This document shows, piece after piece, positions 22,901-34,932 of a stretch of DNA of 64,000 nucleotides. This DNA is from Malacoraja senta. Lineage: Eukaryota. Made by a program: the position numbers and the translations under genes. The notes beneath the pieces are model-generated. The model had not been told where the DNA came from, did not search any database, and saw only the letters and a list, made by a program, of their open reading frames with translations. The first letter of the stretch is position 1. Each line of letters starts with the position of its first letter. The DNA lies in the NCBI GenBank assembly GCA_038087875.1, contig CM075992.1, forward strand, positions 8,558,001-8,622,000, read 5' to 3'.

Positions 22901-23740
22901 GACCTCCATTTGTTCTTTTAAATATATACTCGCTTGTGGATCTTTTAAAATTTGAGAGTTAAATCTCCAGAATGATTTATTCTTAGACAATCCTTCCAGT
23001 TTTAAAAAGAAAGTTAGTGGAGAATGGTCTGAAATTGAATTTGTATGGTATATTGCATTAGATGTTTGGGGGATTAATTTTGTATCCAGCCGAAAGTAGT
23101 CTATACGTGAGTATGTCTTATGTACCATTGAGTAAAACGAGTATTCCCTGCCAGTTGGATTCACAATTCTCCAAACATCTGCTATATTAGTGTTATTTAT
23201 ATAGGTATTGAGGAGTTCCCCAGTTTTCGATTTCATATTCCCTCTCTGTTTTTGACTTGATTTATCTAAGTACGGATCTAAAACACAGTTAAAGTCTCCG
23301 CCTATTATAACATTTTGATAGTTTGACTCTGCAATTATATTGAAGATTTTATTGAAAAAGTGGGGGTTATCAAAGTTAGGGGCATATATATTTACCAAAG
23401 TAAGTGGAGTGTCATGGATTTCTCCATTAACTATTAGGTATCTCCCTTCTATATCTGTTATAATATTCTTTGCTTTAAATGGTATACCTTTTCTTATGAT
23501 AATTGACGTGCCTCTAGATTTTGAAGTAAATGAAGAGTGGTATGTTTGACCTATCCATTTCGCCCTCAGCCTAACTTGGTCCTGAGGTTTTAGGTGTGTT
23601 TCTTGTAGGAAGGTAATGTCAGAATTATACATTTTTAGCTGAGCTAATATCTTACCCCTTTTGATAGGTTCGTTAATACCTCTTATATTCCAACTACAAA
23701 ATGAGATTCCTCCTAGGTTCTTTTGTGTGGTGTCATGCAT
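19964..23740 (-). CDS. L1 ORF2: APE endonuclease + reverse transcriptase (1258 aa, uninterrupted)
   Basis: SWNIRG, LQETH, GGDFN, SRIDY, SDH (endonuclease); [22 protein letters not shown] (RT); C-terminal CDKR..H..C knuckle with the second Cys replaced by Arg. Confidence 0.95.
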   Translation of the reverse strand: MHDTTQKNLGGISFCSWNIRGINEPIKRGKILAQLKMYNSDITFLQETHLKPQDQVRLRAKWIGQTYHSSFTSKSRGTSIIIRKGIPFKAKNIITDIEGRYLIVNGEIHDTPLTLVNIYAPNFDNPHFFNKIFNIIAESNYQNVIIGGDFNCVLDPYLDKSSQKQRGNMKSKTGELLNTYINNTNIADVWRIVNPTGREYSFYSMVHKTYSRIDYFRLDTKLIPQTSNAIYHTNSISDHSPLTFFLKLEGLSKNKSFWRFNSQILKDPQASIYLKEQMEVFFQTNDTSDISPTLLWESFKAYIRGIIISYQAFQNKKNKNEQRQLEELIRQMDIDNAKDPSIDKHNKIIILKFKLNKLLSAKLIRLFQITKQEHFEFGDKPHKLLARQLKKREKEHTIPKIKSDKGELLTTPKDINKRFAQFYENLYTSKTIIDSNNITKFLDTCNLPKLELKEQEELGAQISIKELEDTINSLKNGKTPGPDGFTNEFYKSFYDKIIPRLQKMYQYAFKKRILPDTLAESTITLIPKKNKDLEEPGSYRAIALLNTDQKILAKTLARRLSKYISKLINPDQTGFIPKRYSSNNMRRLLNIMHSHKSEDQELSIISLDAEKAFDQVQWNYMDKVLQKFQLGENFILWIKLLYNKPTARILTNNILSSKFQLSRGNRQGCSLSPQLFALIIEPLAEKIRIHPDIHGYNTKDSYNKISLYADDILLYITKPQITIPNILNLIEDFGSFSGYRINWNKSEIMSIKPKDSTHLLKFPFEIATEKFKYLGIEITRTYQGMFRANFDPLLNKLNTLIKFWKTLPMSLIGRINAIKMIFLPQILYLFQSIPIYLPKKFFKKLDSDITNFIWDYKSHRIQKTHLNKPKVLGGLALPNFMYYYWSVNIKNMIQLMDNSAQQVDWIVMEKEDCSSRNIGAILLSPMKLNNINYNKNPIIHSTIRIWKQIKQNLKLRNLSLLLPIVNNPSFSPSIIDKAYTQWDRLGIKTLGDLYETGKLLSFQQLQIKYKLGNNQYFKYFQICDYLDHYNNPVDVLDEAMQIKAESANLISYLYNIILNVQIPPTEGIRRDWEQELAINISKESWNEYLLNVHKCSINVRHTLIQFKILHRLYYSKTKIHKIFPNVSSICDKRQSQEATIAHSFVFCTKIQKFWNEIFEIFTKLFKTRLIPKAEWIIFGITEDDPELNVFQKKLMDYGLITGKKLILKFWKKAPIPTINMWISNMFETLHLEEIRLLLAGKPDHFHLTWSAFIELLQT

Positions 23741-24543
23741 TTTGAATAATTATAGTACCTTTGAATCTTGTGGTGCGTCCATGTCCCAGGTCTTTAGGTA
23801 TTGGGGGAGTTTTTGAATTATTAACTTTTGCTGGTATGTCCATTTTACTCTTATCACTAAACACAAAACACAAACAAGTGATTTTATGTGATAAAAAAAA
23901 ACTAAAAAAGTGAGGCTACAGTGTCTGATATAGTCGGCACTGTAGCAAGTGTCCCACCTGTAGGTGGGAAAAAACCTTGTTTTGACTTCCATTGCGTTGT
24001 TACTCAAATAGCTCCACTCTCTTAGTTAATCATAACATATTAAAATATTAAAACGAGGCCTCACATTCAGATATATAATACAATTTTACCCTGATATTTC
24101 CTTATAACATATATATATATATCAGAGTTTAATTATTAAACCAATATTTTTGATTTCAATAAGAATCAACTGTTGGTTGAAGGGGTTAACGAGACGTGGT
24201 CCTGGACATAAGCCAGGAGCTCGTTTCTCATCCCCTCCTCCCGCTTATAGACAAGGTTACAATTTATTAAAAATTCATATTAGTATGTTAGTTCATTATT
24301 TTTTTTTGTTAGTATTCTAATCTAACCTGCATAACTTTTAAAGTTGTTAATAGGATAAGTTCTTACAATTGGTTATGATATTTTAATCAATAAGCAATTA
24401 TTTTCTGATTCATATTCCAACTGTTAAGTTGTTTACACGTTTTGAACAGAAAATGTCCTTGATTCAACATTCCAGAGATAACAGTGTAACTATCCCCAGA
24501 CAAAACATAGCTGAGAATTGTTCGGATCTGCCAAAGCTCCCTT

Positions 24544-25149
24544 TCATTTCTGTTTTTCAACGATCGTTTGGGCATATTTGAATGCGTCTTCAGGCTTAAC
24601 AAATGACTTTTCAAGACCATTAAAGGAAATACGCATTTTCGCGGGATAAAAAACCCCAAATCTGACCCCTTCTCTCCCTCTTAAAAGATCTTTAACCTTA
24701 TCAAATTTGTTTCTTTTTTGCACAATTTCATACGGGTAGTCCCTGAATATCTTAATAGTGTCCTTGTCCAGCCGCAATTGTACACCATATTTGATTTTAC
24801 TCATAACATATTCCAGTTCTGCAGTATCTCGAAATTTCACTATAATATGTCGTGGATAAGCTTTTCCCGCACCAGATCTTTTTCCAAATCTTGGGACACG
24901 ATGAGCCACTTCGATTTTCGGTTCCTTGGAAAGATTCAACAGTTGTTTCAACAAGCCCATGGCAAATTCACGTACCTGTTCCCCTTCTGCCCCCTCTGAA
25001 ACACCAAGAATTCTCAAATTCTGGCGTCTAGAACGAGCTTCCAGGTCCAGGCATTTGACTGAGACTTTCTCTAATTGAGTCCCCATTTGTAGTGACGCTT
25101 GTTCGTTTTCTCGCCTCATTTGCTCATGTTCTTGCCTCAATTTCGCCAT
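24544..25149 (-). CDS. L1 ORF1 C-terminal part (coiled coil / RRM / CTD)
   Basis: DLEARSRRQNLRILGVSEG, AHRV, IKIFRDYP, FYPAKMRI motifs typical of L1 ORF1p. Confidence 0.88.
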   Translation of the reverse strand: MAKLRQEHEQMRRENEQASLQMGTQLEKVSVKCLDLEARSRRQNLRILGVSEGAEGEQVREFAMGLLKQLLNLSKEPKIEVAHRVPRFGKRSGAGKAYPRHIIVKFRDTAELEYVMSKIKYGVQLRLDKDTIKIFRDYPYEIVQKRNKFDKVKDLLRGREGVRFGVFYPAKMRISFNGLEKSFVKPEDAFKYAQTIVEKQK

Positions 25150-26036
25150 GTCTTCAACCAGTCGAGCCGTGTTTTTCTCCTATCCTTGTAAATCTTCTCT
25201 GCGCCATTTCCAGCTTGACAACATATTTCCTGTAACACGGTGCCCAGAACTGAACACAGCACTCTAAATGCGGCCTCACCAACGTCTTGTACAACTGCAA
25301 CATGACCTCCCAACTTTGCTCAATGCCCTGATGGATAAAAGGTCAATGAACCAAAAGCCTTTTTGACCACCCTATCTACTTGTGGCCCCACTTTCAAGGA
25401 ACTATGTACCAGTAGCATGCCTGTCAAACAGTCTGAAGTAAGGCTCTCGACACGAAACGTCACCCATTCCTTCTCTCCGGAGATGCTGCCTGTCCCGCTG
25501 AGTTACTCCAGCATTTTGTGTCTACCTGCACTACCAGTCCCCCCTGCTCTACACCCTCCCCAGAGCCCTACCATTCACTGTGCAGCTTCTGCCCATGTTA
25601 GTGCTCTGGGTTTATGCTGGAATTTAGTTTTTAACTGTGGTCAGATCAAGAACTTCAGCATCATCGGTCGACCAAAACATCGTCACTCATTGAGCGAGTT
25701 ACCTCAGTGATAACAACTTGAAGCTTTGTGGATGGTACACACTCCAACGAAAGAGACGACGGGCGCTTTCAGCTTCCAGAAGCTTCCGACGACGGTGTCT
25801 TCTCGTTACTTCTGCGGTGGGGTAGGAGTGCAGCTTCTAGATGCTTCCAGAATGATCGAGAAGCAGCACATAGTGTGACGGGACGATATCTCTCGAGCCG
25901 GACTTCCCTGCGGTGAAATGGTTGGAGATTCGTTCAGGTCTTGCCTGCAAAGCAGAAGTGGGCGAGAGCGTTAATCTCATGAATGCGTCAAGAGATAAAG
26001 GAAATAGTGATGCTCTACAAACAACTCCAACAGGCA

Positions 26037-26450
26037 AGTCAAGTCAAGTCAAGAGAGTTTATGGTCATGTGTCCCAGTAAGGACAATGAAATTCTTGCTT
26101 GCTGCAGCACAACAGAATATTGTAAGCATAAATACAGAAATATCAGTGTGTCTATATAGCATAGACCGTATATACACACACATAAATAAACGGATAAAGT
26201 GCAATAGGCTGATATAGTTCAGTTTGTTTGATGGCGAGTTTACTAGCCTGATTGCTGTGGGGAAGTAGCTGTTCCTGAACCTGGATGTACCAGATTTCAG
26301 GCTCCTGTACCTTCTTCCTGATGGCAGCGGAGAGATGAGTGTGTGGCCAGGATGGTGTGGGTCCTTGATGATGTTGGCAGCCTTTTTGAGGCAGCGACTG
26401 CGATAAATCCCTTCGATGGTAGGGAGGTCAGAGCCGATGATGCAGGAGAG
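26037..26450 (-). mobile_element. Rex1/Babar-like LINE 3' fragment with (TTGAC)n tail
   Basis: IIKDPHHPGHTLISPLPSGRRYRS...RFRNSYFPTAIRL C-terminal motif; caagt repeats at 26035-26053. Confidence 0.75.
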
Positions 26451-26512
26451 GGAGAGGGAGGTGGTTGGGAGACAGAGGCCGTTAGGTGATAGGTGGTTAG
26501 GCCACATATAGA

Positions 26513-27442
26513 GTATTGCTCGAACACCTCCGTTCAGTTCACAATAACCAACCTGATCTCCTAGTGGTTCAGCACTTCAACTCCCCCTCCCATTCCGAAT
26601 CTGACCTTTCTGTCCTGGGCCTCCTCCATGGCCAGAGTGAGGCCCACCGCAAATTGGAGGAACAGCACCTCATATTTCGCTTGGGTAGTTTACACCCCAG
26701 CGGTATGAACATTGGCTTCTCCAATTTCAGGTAGTCCTTGCTTTCTCTCTCCTTCCCCTCCCATTCCTAGCTCTCCCACAGCTTACTGTCTCCGCATCTT
26801 CCTTTCTTTTACCCGCCCCCCCCCTCCCCCGACATCAGTCTGAAGAAGGGTCTCGGCCTGAAACATCACCTATTCCTTCGCTCTATAGATGCTGCTTCAC
26901 CCGCTGTTCTTCTCCAGCTTTTTTGTCTACCAATGGGATCCCACCACTGGCCACATCTTCCCATCTCCTCCCGTCGGCTTTCCGCAGAGACCGCTCCCTC
27001 CGTAACTCCCTGGTCAATTCGTCCCTTCCCACCCAAACCACCCCCTCTCCTGGCACTTTCCCTTGCAACCGCAGGAAATGCTACACTTGTCGCTTCACCT
27101 CCCCCCTTGACTCCATTCATGGACCCAAGCAGTCTTTCCAGGTGTGGCAGAGGTTCGCCTGCACCTCCTCCAATCTCATCTATTGCATCCTCTGCTCTAG
27201 GTGTCAGCTGCTCTTCATCGGTGAGACCAAGCGTAGGCTTGGCGATCGCTTCGCCCAACATCTCCGCTCGTTTCGCAATAACCAACCTGATCTCCTGGTG
27301 GCTCAGCACTTCAACTCCCCCTCCCATTCCGAATCCGACCTTTCTGTCCTGGGCCTCCTGCATGGCCAGAGTGAGGCCCACCGGAAATTGGAGGAGCAGC
27401 ACCTCATATTTCGCTTGGGCAGTTTACACCCAAGCGGTATGA
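26513..27442 (+). mobile_element. Penelope-like fragments, partial tandem arrangement
   Basis: GIY-YIG motif (NLIYCILCSRCQLLFIGETKRRLGDRF..H) and a repeated terminal segment. Confidence 0.88.
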
Positions 27443-27509
27443 AAATTAATGAATCCTCCAATATCAGCCCACTGTTCTTTGAATTATTTTACAGTTTAAG
27501 TTTAGGCGA

Positions 27510-28540
27510 CTATCACAGTTGGCAGACCAATTTCCCTCCTGGGAAGGCATTTCCTTCCATTGCTACGCGGACGATACACAACTCTATCTCCCCCTAAAGC
27601 CCCAAAACCGATCAAATCTGCTTAACCTTATCCGCTGCCTCGAGGATATAAAGTGTTGGATGGCCCAGAACTTCATCCAACTAAACGAGAGTAAGTCTGA
27701 GGTCAACCTTCTCGGCCCCTTGGACTCAATCAAAATGATAGCAGGCAGCCTTGGAAGCCTTACCCCATTACTCAAACCTCACGTCAAAAACCTTGGCGTG
27801 ATATTTGACTCAGCACTGAAATTTGACAAACAAGTCAATGTCGTGGTAAAAGCTAGCTTCTTCCAGCTTCGGACAATAGCTAAAATAAAACAATTCCTCC
27901 AGTTTGATGACCTCGAAAAGATCACCCACACATTTATCTCCTCCCGCCTAGATTACTGCAACTCTCTCTTCACTGTCATCAGCCAATCTTCCCTGTCCCG
28001 CCTGCAACTGGTCCAAAACGCCATAGCGAGACTCCTGACGGGCACCCGAAAAAGGGACATCACCCCGATTCGGGCCTCTCTCCACTGGCTCCCTGTGCGG
28101 TTCCGAATAAATTTCAAGATCCTCCTTTATGTCTACAAACCCTTAACGGGCTTGCCCCTACCTACATCAAAAGTCTGCTTACCCACCACACCACCTCCAG
28201 GTCCCTCAGATCGGCCGACTTGGGGTTACTGAATATCAGCATAAGCTCAGGGGCGACCGCGCCTTTGCAGTTGCAGCTCCTAGACTGTGGAACAGCATCC
28301 CTCTTCCCATCAGAACTGCCCCCTCCATCGACCCCTTTAAGTCGAGACTTAAAATTCATCTTTACTCTCAAGCCTTTCTTGACGTCCTCTGAGGGCCATA
28401 TGTATGTATTGATGTATGTACGTAATCTATGAACCAATGTTATATAACGTTAGTACCTCCACCAATGTAAAGCACTTTGGCCAACGAGAGTTGTTTTTTA
28501 AATGTGCTATAGAAATAAAAGTGACTTGACTTGACTTGAA
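27510..28540 (+). mobile_element. L2 LINE 3' fragment
   Basis: HCYADDTQLY, SRLDYCNSL, LQLVQN, LHWLPV motifs; (TGACT)n tail at 28522-28538. Confidence 0.9.
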
Positions 28541-29100
28541 ATAAAGTTCTATCGTATCATATTGTGTGATTCCTGTCTTAAATTCGGGCTGCCAGTCTGA
28601 TTAATCGTGTCTACGTTACATAATTGTAGAGTTAGATGCAGCCCATTCATACTAACGGTAATTGTTCTAATTCTTCCGTTTTTAGAAATTGGGATCAAAC
28701 GTCAGATTATTGTTTCAGAGCCTCTGATATTGTTGGTGATGGGCAACACTGTTGAGGTGGACGCAGCCATACTGTCGGGAATGCGACCTGGTAAATGATT
28801 CAATGGTTCTGCATTATCTTCCTTCCTACACCATAGTTCACTGAGACCGCATGCAAGAGCCGCCATGTTTTGCCGCTGTTTCCAAAGTCCAGTCCGGTCT
28901 GCCCGCTGGGTCTCCTGAAGCGGGGCCCGATCCAAGCGAGCCCCAGGCAGCTGCTGGGCCTCCTGCCATTGCCCCCATCTGGAGTATCCAGCGAACTGTC
29001 GTTCCTCTCCTCGCCCACCCGCCCACCTTCAGCCTTCGTGCCCCAGGGGAATGTAATGACTCGATAGCACGCAGCAAAAAGCTTTTCACTGTACCTCGGT

Positions 29101-29597
29101 TAGGGTTGCCAACTTTCTCACTCCCAAATAAGGGACAAACGGTCAAAATAAGAGTCAAATTCCCAATGGCAATTCGTTGACCGACACGGCCGTGGCTGGG
29201 TGAATGATGAGTTGGTTCGGGTGTTGGACTGCACACAAAGCCCAGCCGGCAGTCCAGCTGAGGAGTTTTGGCCCAGGCTGCGCGCAAAATCTGGCACCCC
29301 ATCCAACTCATGAACCGATGATCGGCCATGAGGAGGGGTAAGCGAAGGTCCGAAGGTCGGACAGCTGGCCGGGCTGCCGACCGACGGGGCGACGGGCGAG
29401 GCGCTGCTGCTGCACTCCATGGGCTGCACTATGTCGAGACCGGTGAGGCGGGGCCGGACGCGGCGCTCCGACCCGACAGTCCCCTCGACCCGAGTAGTAG
29501 CAGTCAAATATAGAACAAGGTCGGTCCCGTATGGGACAAACCAATTTAGCCCAATATACGGGATGTCCTGGCTAATACGGGACTGTTGCCAACCCTA
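29101..29597. mobile_element. hAT-type MITE copy 2 with 8-bp TSD
   Basis: TIRs TAGGGTTG...CAACCCTA; TSD ACCTCGGT at 29093-29100 and 29598-29605. Confidence 0.9.
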
Positions 29598-29883
29598 ACC
29601 TCGGTACACGTGACAATAAACTAAACTCAATTATACTAAACTACCCTCGGCATGGGTAACAAAAAAGCTTTTCACTGTGCCTCAGTATACATGGCAATAA
29701 CTGACTAGCTGACTAACCAACTAACTAACCATGTGTAGGAAGGAACTGCAGATGCTATTTTAATCCGAAGATAGACACAAAATGCTGGAGTAACTCAGCG
29801 GGACAGGCAGCATCTCTGGAGAGAAGGAATGGGTGACGTTTCAGGTCGAGACCTAACTAAATAATTTGTTTAACCTAACTAAC

Positions 29884-30750
29884 TATTTGTTTAAGAAGGA
29901 ACTGCAGATGCTGGAAAATCAAAGGTAGACAAGTGCTGGAGAAACTCAGCGGGTGCAGCAGCATCTATGGAGCGAAGGAAATAGGCAACGTTTCGGGCCG
30001 AAACCCTTCTTCAGACGATGTAGGGTGGGGGGGGAGAAGAAAGGAAAAAGGAAGAGGAGGAGCCCGAGGCTGAGGGAGAGCTGAGAAGGGGAGGAGACAG
30101 CAAGGGCTACCGGAAATTGGTGAATTCAATGTTTATGCCGCTAGGGTGCAGACTGCCCAAGCGGAATATGAGGTGCTGCTCCTCCAATTTCCGGTGGTGC
30201 TCACTCTGGCCATGGAGGAGGCCCAGGATAGATAGGTCGTATTCGGAATGGGAGGGGGAGTTGAAGTGCTGAGCCACCAGGAGATCAGGTTGGTTAATCC
30301 GGACCGAGCGGAGGTGTTCGCCGAAACGATCGCCAAGCCTACGCTTGGTCTCACCGATGTAGATCAGCTGACATCTAGAGCAGCGGATGCAATAGATGAG
30401 GTTGGAGAAAATGGCAGGTGAACCTCTGTCGCACCTGGAACGACTGCTTGGGTCCTTGAATGGAGTCGAGGGGGAGGTAAAGCGACAAGTGTAGCATCCC
30501 TTGCGGTTGCATGGGAAAGTGCCGGGGGAGGGGGTGGTGCGGGAGGGAAGGGAAGAATTGACCAGGGAGTTACGGAGGGAGCGGTCTTTGCGGAAAGCAG
30601 ACAGCGGGGGAGATGGGAAGATATGGCGAGTAATGGGGTCACGTTGGAAGTGGCGAAAATGACGGAGGACTATTTGATGTATGTGACGGCTGGTGGGTGA
30701 AAGGTGAGGACTAGGGGGACTCTGCCCTTGTTACGAGTGGGGGGGGGGGC
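29884..30750 (-). mobile_element. Penelope-like fragment
   Basis: Same GIY-YIG and terminal-repeat sequence as 5808-6605. Confidence 0.85.
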
Positions 30751-31140
30751 TCTAGAGCCCTCTGTGAACGCTGGTCGTCACAGGGGGTCGAACGCATTGT
30801 AGATCAAAGATGACACGATTGTATTATAATGAATGCCTGATGTAATGTGACTATTGAACGTTTTGTGGAACACTGTAAAATGCAAATACTGAATAAAGTC
30901 CTTGTTACGAAGGGAAAAACAAAAGAGTGCAGTGTGACTGACTGTGTGTCTGTCGTGTGCCCACAGGAGCTGTTAGCCGTGTTTGAGGTGGAGATAATCA
31001 CATCCGTGGGTCTGAGCGCCTCTGCTCTGCCTGCTGCTGGCCATCGCCACCTTCTACATCTGCCCCTCCCTGAAGTCACTCGCTGCTCCATTCCTCACTC
31101 TCTCACTCCCCCCTCACTGACCCCCTGCCCTCTCAACCCC

Positions 31141-31268
31141 CCCCCCTCCCCGCAGTCCTGACCCCCTCCCGCTGTCCTGACCCCCTCCCCGCTGTCCTGA
31201 CCCCCTCCCCACTGTCCTGACCCCCTCCCCGCTGTCCTGACCCCCTCCCCACTGTCCTGACCCCCTCC
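31141..31268. repeat. 20-bp minisatellite (CCCCCTCCCCRCTGTCCTGA)n, about 6 copies
   Basis: Direct reading. Confidence 0.9.
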
Positions 31269-31552
31269 TCTCTCCGTTGCCCCCACAGGTTCTGTGCGCA
31301 GTGATCACCGCGACGCTGCACTATCTGTTCCTGGCGGTCTTCGTGTGGATGTTTCTAGAAGGCGTGCAGCTCCCCCTGCTGGTGGAGGTTGTGTTCGCCA
31401 CCAAGGTCCCGCTCGAGCGCCACATCTACTGGATCAGCTACGGACCGCCCGCCGCCGCCATCGTCGCCACCTGTGCCGGCGCCAACGGGCGCGGATTACG
31501 GCACCCACCACCACCGCGTTTGTACCTTCCCTGGGAACCATTTATCCACGGT

Positions 31553-31860
31553 GGACGGCACGGTGGCGCAGTTGTAGAGTTGCTGCCTCACAGCGCCAGA
31601 GACCCGGGTTCAATCCTGACTACGGGCGCTCTCTGTACGGAGTTTGTACTTTCTCCCCGTGACCTGCGTGGGTTTTCTCCGAGATCTTCGGTGTCCATCC
31701 ACTGTACAAAGACGCACAGGTTTGTAGGTTAATTGGCTTCGGTAAAGTTGTAAATTGTCCCTAGTGGGGTGTAGTGTTAATGTGCGGGGATCGCTGTTCG
31801 GCGCGGACCCGGTGGGCCGAAGGGCCTGTTTCCGCGCTGTATCTCTAAACTAAACTAAAC
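31553..31860 (+). mobile_element. tRNA-derived SINE (HE1/V-SINE type); further copies at about 34575-34866(+), 43519-43818(-), 51825-52008(-), 58490-58785(-), 59523-59738(+)
   Basis: A box GTGGCGCAG, B box GGTTCAATCC, conserved central domain, CR1-like 3' tail and (TAAAC)n. Confidence 0.85.
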
Positions 31861-32614
31861 ACATAAGGCAGGGTGGGGGCATGGTGGTAGATGAGGGGTT
31901 TGAAGGGGAGGGGAGGGGTACAGGGCAGTGCCAGCTGGTGCCCATGGTCCTGACCATCTGATGCCCTCTCGTTGCAAGTGCTGGATCTCAACGCAACGTT
32001 ACTTCACCTGCAGTTTCTTTGTGCCAGCTATCCTCATCTGCGTCATAAGTTGTACCCAAATGCCAACTACCATGACCGTCCCTGTGTGCTGGGCACGTCG
32101 GCTGAGGGGACGGGGCGAAGGGACGGAGGGTTTAGAGGGTTCGCTGGAGGGGGGGGGGGCAGGAGAGGGCAGAGGGGCATTCGGAACACGAGGCTGAGAC
32201 GGCAGAGAGGGTGAGTGTGAAAGAGAGCGAGGGAGAGTTGCGGCCGGTGGACATAGGGGCGAGGGGAGGGATGGAGTGAGGGTGACGAGGAGAGGCGGTG
32301 GATGGTGTGGGATGGAGGGAGGGTGACGGAGGAAGACGGAGAGAGGGAGCTCGGTGGAGGGAGACAGATGGAGCGGAGAGAGAATGGGGGGAGGGAGGTG
32401 GGAAGCAAGGAATGGAGGGAGAGTGGTGACGGGAGGAGAGGGAGTGAAGGTGATGGGGGGGAGAGGTGGAGGGACGGAGGGAGGAAGTAGGGGCGAGAGT
32501 GGGGATGTGGGGAAAGGGGTTAGAGGTGCGCTGGTGGTGGGGGGAAGGGGGTGGGGAACAAGGGGGACAGAGAGAGGGGGAGAGGGGATTGAGGGGGATT
32601 GGGGAGAGAGATAG

Positions 32615-33373
32615 CTCAGGACCTACACAGTAAATGGTAGGCCTCTGGGTAGTGTTGTAGAGCAGAGGGATCTAGGAGTACAGGTGTATGGTTTCTTGAA
32701 GGTGGAGTCGCAGGTAGATAAGGTGGTCAAATAGGCTTTTGGCACTTTGGCCTTCATCAGTCAGAGTATTGAGTATAGAAGTTGGGAGGTCTTGTTGCAG
32801 TTGTACAAGACGTTGGTGAGACCGCATTCAAAATATTGTGTTCAGTTCTGGACACCATGTTATAGGAAAGATATTGTCAAGCTTGAAAGGGTTCAGAAAA
32901 GATTTACGAGGATGTTGCCAGGACTAGAGGGTGTGAGCTATGGGGAGAGGTTGAGTAGGCTAGGCTGGATCTCTATTCCATGGAGCGCAGGAGGATGGGT
33001 GATCTTATAGAGGTGTACAAAATCACGAGAGGAATAGATCGGGTTGATGCACAGAGTCTCTTGCCCAGAGTAAGGGAATCGAGAACCAGAGGACATAGGT
33101 TCAAATTGAAGGGGAAAAGATTTAATAGAAATCTGAGGGATAACATTTTCACACAAAGGGTGGTGGGTGTATGGAACAAGCTGCCAGAGGAGGTAGTTGA
33201 GGCTGGGACTATCCCATCGTTTAAGAAACAGTTAGACAGGTACATGGATAGGACAGGTTTGGAGGGATATGGACCAGGCGCAGGCAGGTGGGACTAGTGT
33301 AGCTGGGACATTGTTGGCCGGTGTGGGCAAGTTGGGCCGAAGGGCTTGTTTCTATACTGTATCACTCTATGAC
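32615..33373 (+). mobile_element. CR1 LINE 3' fragment
   Basis: LQLYKTLVRPH..YCVQFW, RTRGH, FTQRVV motifs and 3' tail. Confidence 0.9.
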
Positions 33374-33834
33374 TAGTAGGGGGATTTAGGACCCACCAAC
33401 ACCTCCCCAGTGCCCTTGCTGGTGGGCCATTGAGACCCTACCTCTGCCTTCAGCCTGACCTCCCACAGCAATCATTGTAAATTGGGGGTCGCTGGTTTGG
33501 GATGTCTCTGACCATTTATATTTATTTTCTCTGCAGGTTAACCTGATCATCTTGTGCCGAACGCTGATGAAATTGCCACACGTTATTTCAGACCAGCCAA
33601 AATTGAACAAGAACAGGTAAATTGTAGACACTACAAAGAAAGACACAAAGTGCTGGAGTAACTCAGCGAGTCAGGCAGCATCTCCGGAGGACGTGTATAG
33701 GTGACGTTTGGGGCCGGGACTCTTCTTCAAGCTGATTGTAGGAGGGGGAGAAAGCTGGGAGAGAGATGGGGGCGGGACAAAGCCGGGTAAGTGATAAGTG
33801 GATCCAGGTGAGGGGTTGTGATTGTAAATATGGA

Positions 33835-34230
33835 GATGAGAGTGTGATTGCAAGTTTGACAAGTGTGAGTGCGATTGTAAGTGTGTGAGTGCGAGTGTGA
33901 TTGTAAGCACGCGAGTGTGTTTGTACGAGTGTGAGTGATTGTGTGTAAGTGTGATTGTGTAAGTGTAATAGAGTGAGGGTGTGTGTTTTTGAAAGTGATA
34001 TAACCACATGAGTGTGATTATAAGTGTGTGTGAGTGATTATAAGTGTGTGATTATAAGTGTGTGTGTGTGTGTGTGTGTGATTATAAGTGTGAATGATTA
34101 TAAGTGTGAGTGATTATGTGTGGAAGTGTGAGTGTGATAAGTGTGTGTGATTATAAGTGTGAATGTGGTTATAAATGAGTGTGATTATAAGTGTGAGTGA
34201 TTATAAGTGTGAGTGTAATTATAAGTATGT
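33835..34230. repeat. Compound TG / TGATTATAAGTG simple-repeat tract
   Basis: Direct reading. Confidence 0.85.
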
Positions 34231-34293
34231 GGAGTGTGATGTTCACCTGTTTTCTGACCATGGACCATTGAGTGCGTGCGTGTCTGTTTACAG

Positions 34294-34462
34294 AGTGTTT
34301 ACCCTGACTGCCCTTGGGCAGCTGGTGATTCTGGGCTCCACCTGGATATTCGGTGGATTATTCATTGAAAACGCAACCGTCCCGATGATGTACATCTTCA
34401 GCATCCTCAACAGCTTCCAGGGGATGTTCATCTTCATCACGCACTGTCTCATGAGGAAGAAG
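34294..34462 (+). pseudogene. ADGRE-like TM6-TM7 exon (169 nt) of the + strand pseudogene
   Basis: cag|A GTG TTT ACC CTG...AGG AAG AAG|gtatgg; same length and phase as the intact paralogous exon 60276-60444. Confidence 0.88.
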
Positions 34463-34932
34463 GTATGGCCACAATCCCTTGAGTCAACTCTCATGCGTTG
34501 CTTCCACACCAAGGCGACGGCTCTACTGGGCTTTCGTGGCCAACTGCAGCTTGGTCTGTAAAATGGCGCCATGTGGGTGGCACGGTGGCGCAGCGGTAGA
34601 GTTGCTGTCTAACGGCGCCAGAGACCCAGGTTCCATCCTGACTACAGGTGCTGTCTGTATGGAGTTTTGTACGTTTTTCCCCGTGACCTGCATGAGCTCC
34701 CCACATTCCAAAGACGTACAGGTTTGTAGATTAATTGGCTTTGGTAAAATTGTAAATTGTCCCTTGGGTGTGTAAGATAGTGTTAGTGTGCGGGGATCGC
34801 TGGTCGGTGGGACGAAGGGCCTGTTTTGTGCTGTATCTCTAAACTAAACTAAATAAACTGAACTAAATGGAGCATCTTGTGTATGGACTCAGTGGGCTGT
34901 TGTGTACATTCTGTACTAACTGGTGCCTTTTT

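Larger units (their letters stand above)
19550..25181 (-). mobile_element. L1/Tx1-clade LINE, 5'-truncated within ORF1, poly(A) tail, 17-bp TSD, inserted in a CR1 fragment
   Basis: Poly(T) at 19549-19568 on the + strand. TSD ATCCTTGTAAATCTTCT at 19533-19549 and 25182-25198. CR1 sequence resumes on both sides. Confidence 0.95.

Noticed and set aside
31553..31630. tRNA gene
   Set aside because: The A/B boxes belong to the tRNA-derived head of a multi-copy SINE; no complete cloverleaf.
32100..32612. Gly/Arg/Glu-rich ORFs
   Set aside because: Purine-rich low-complexity intronic tract.
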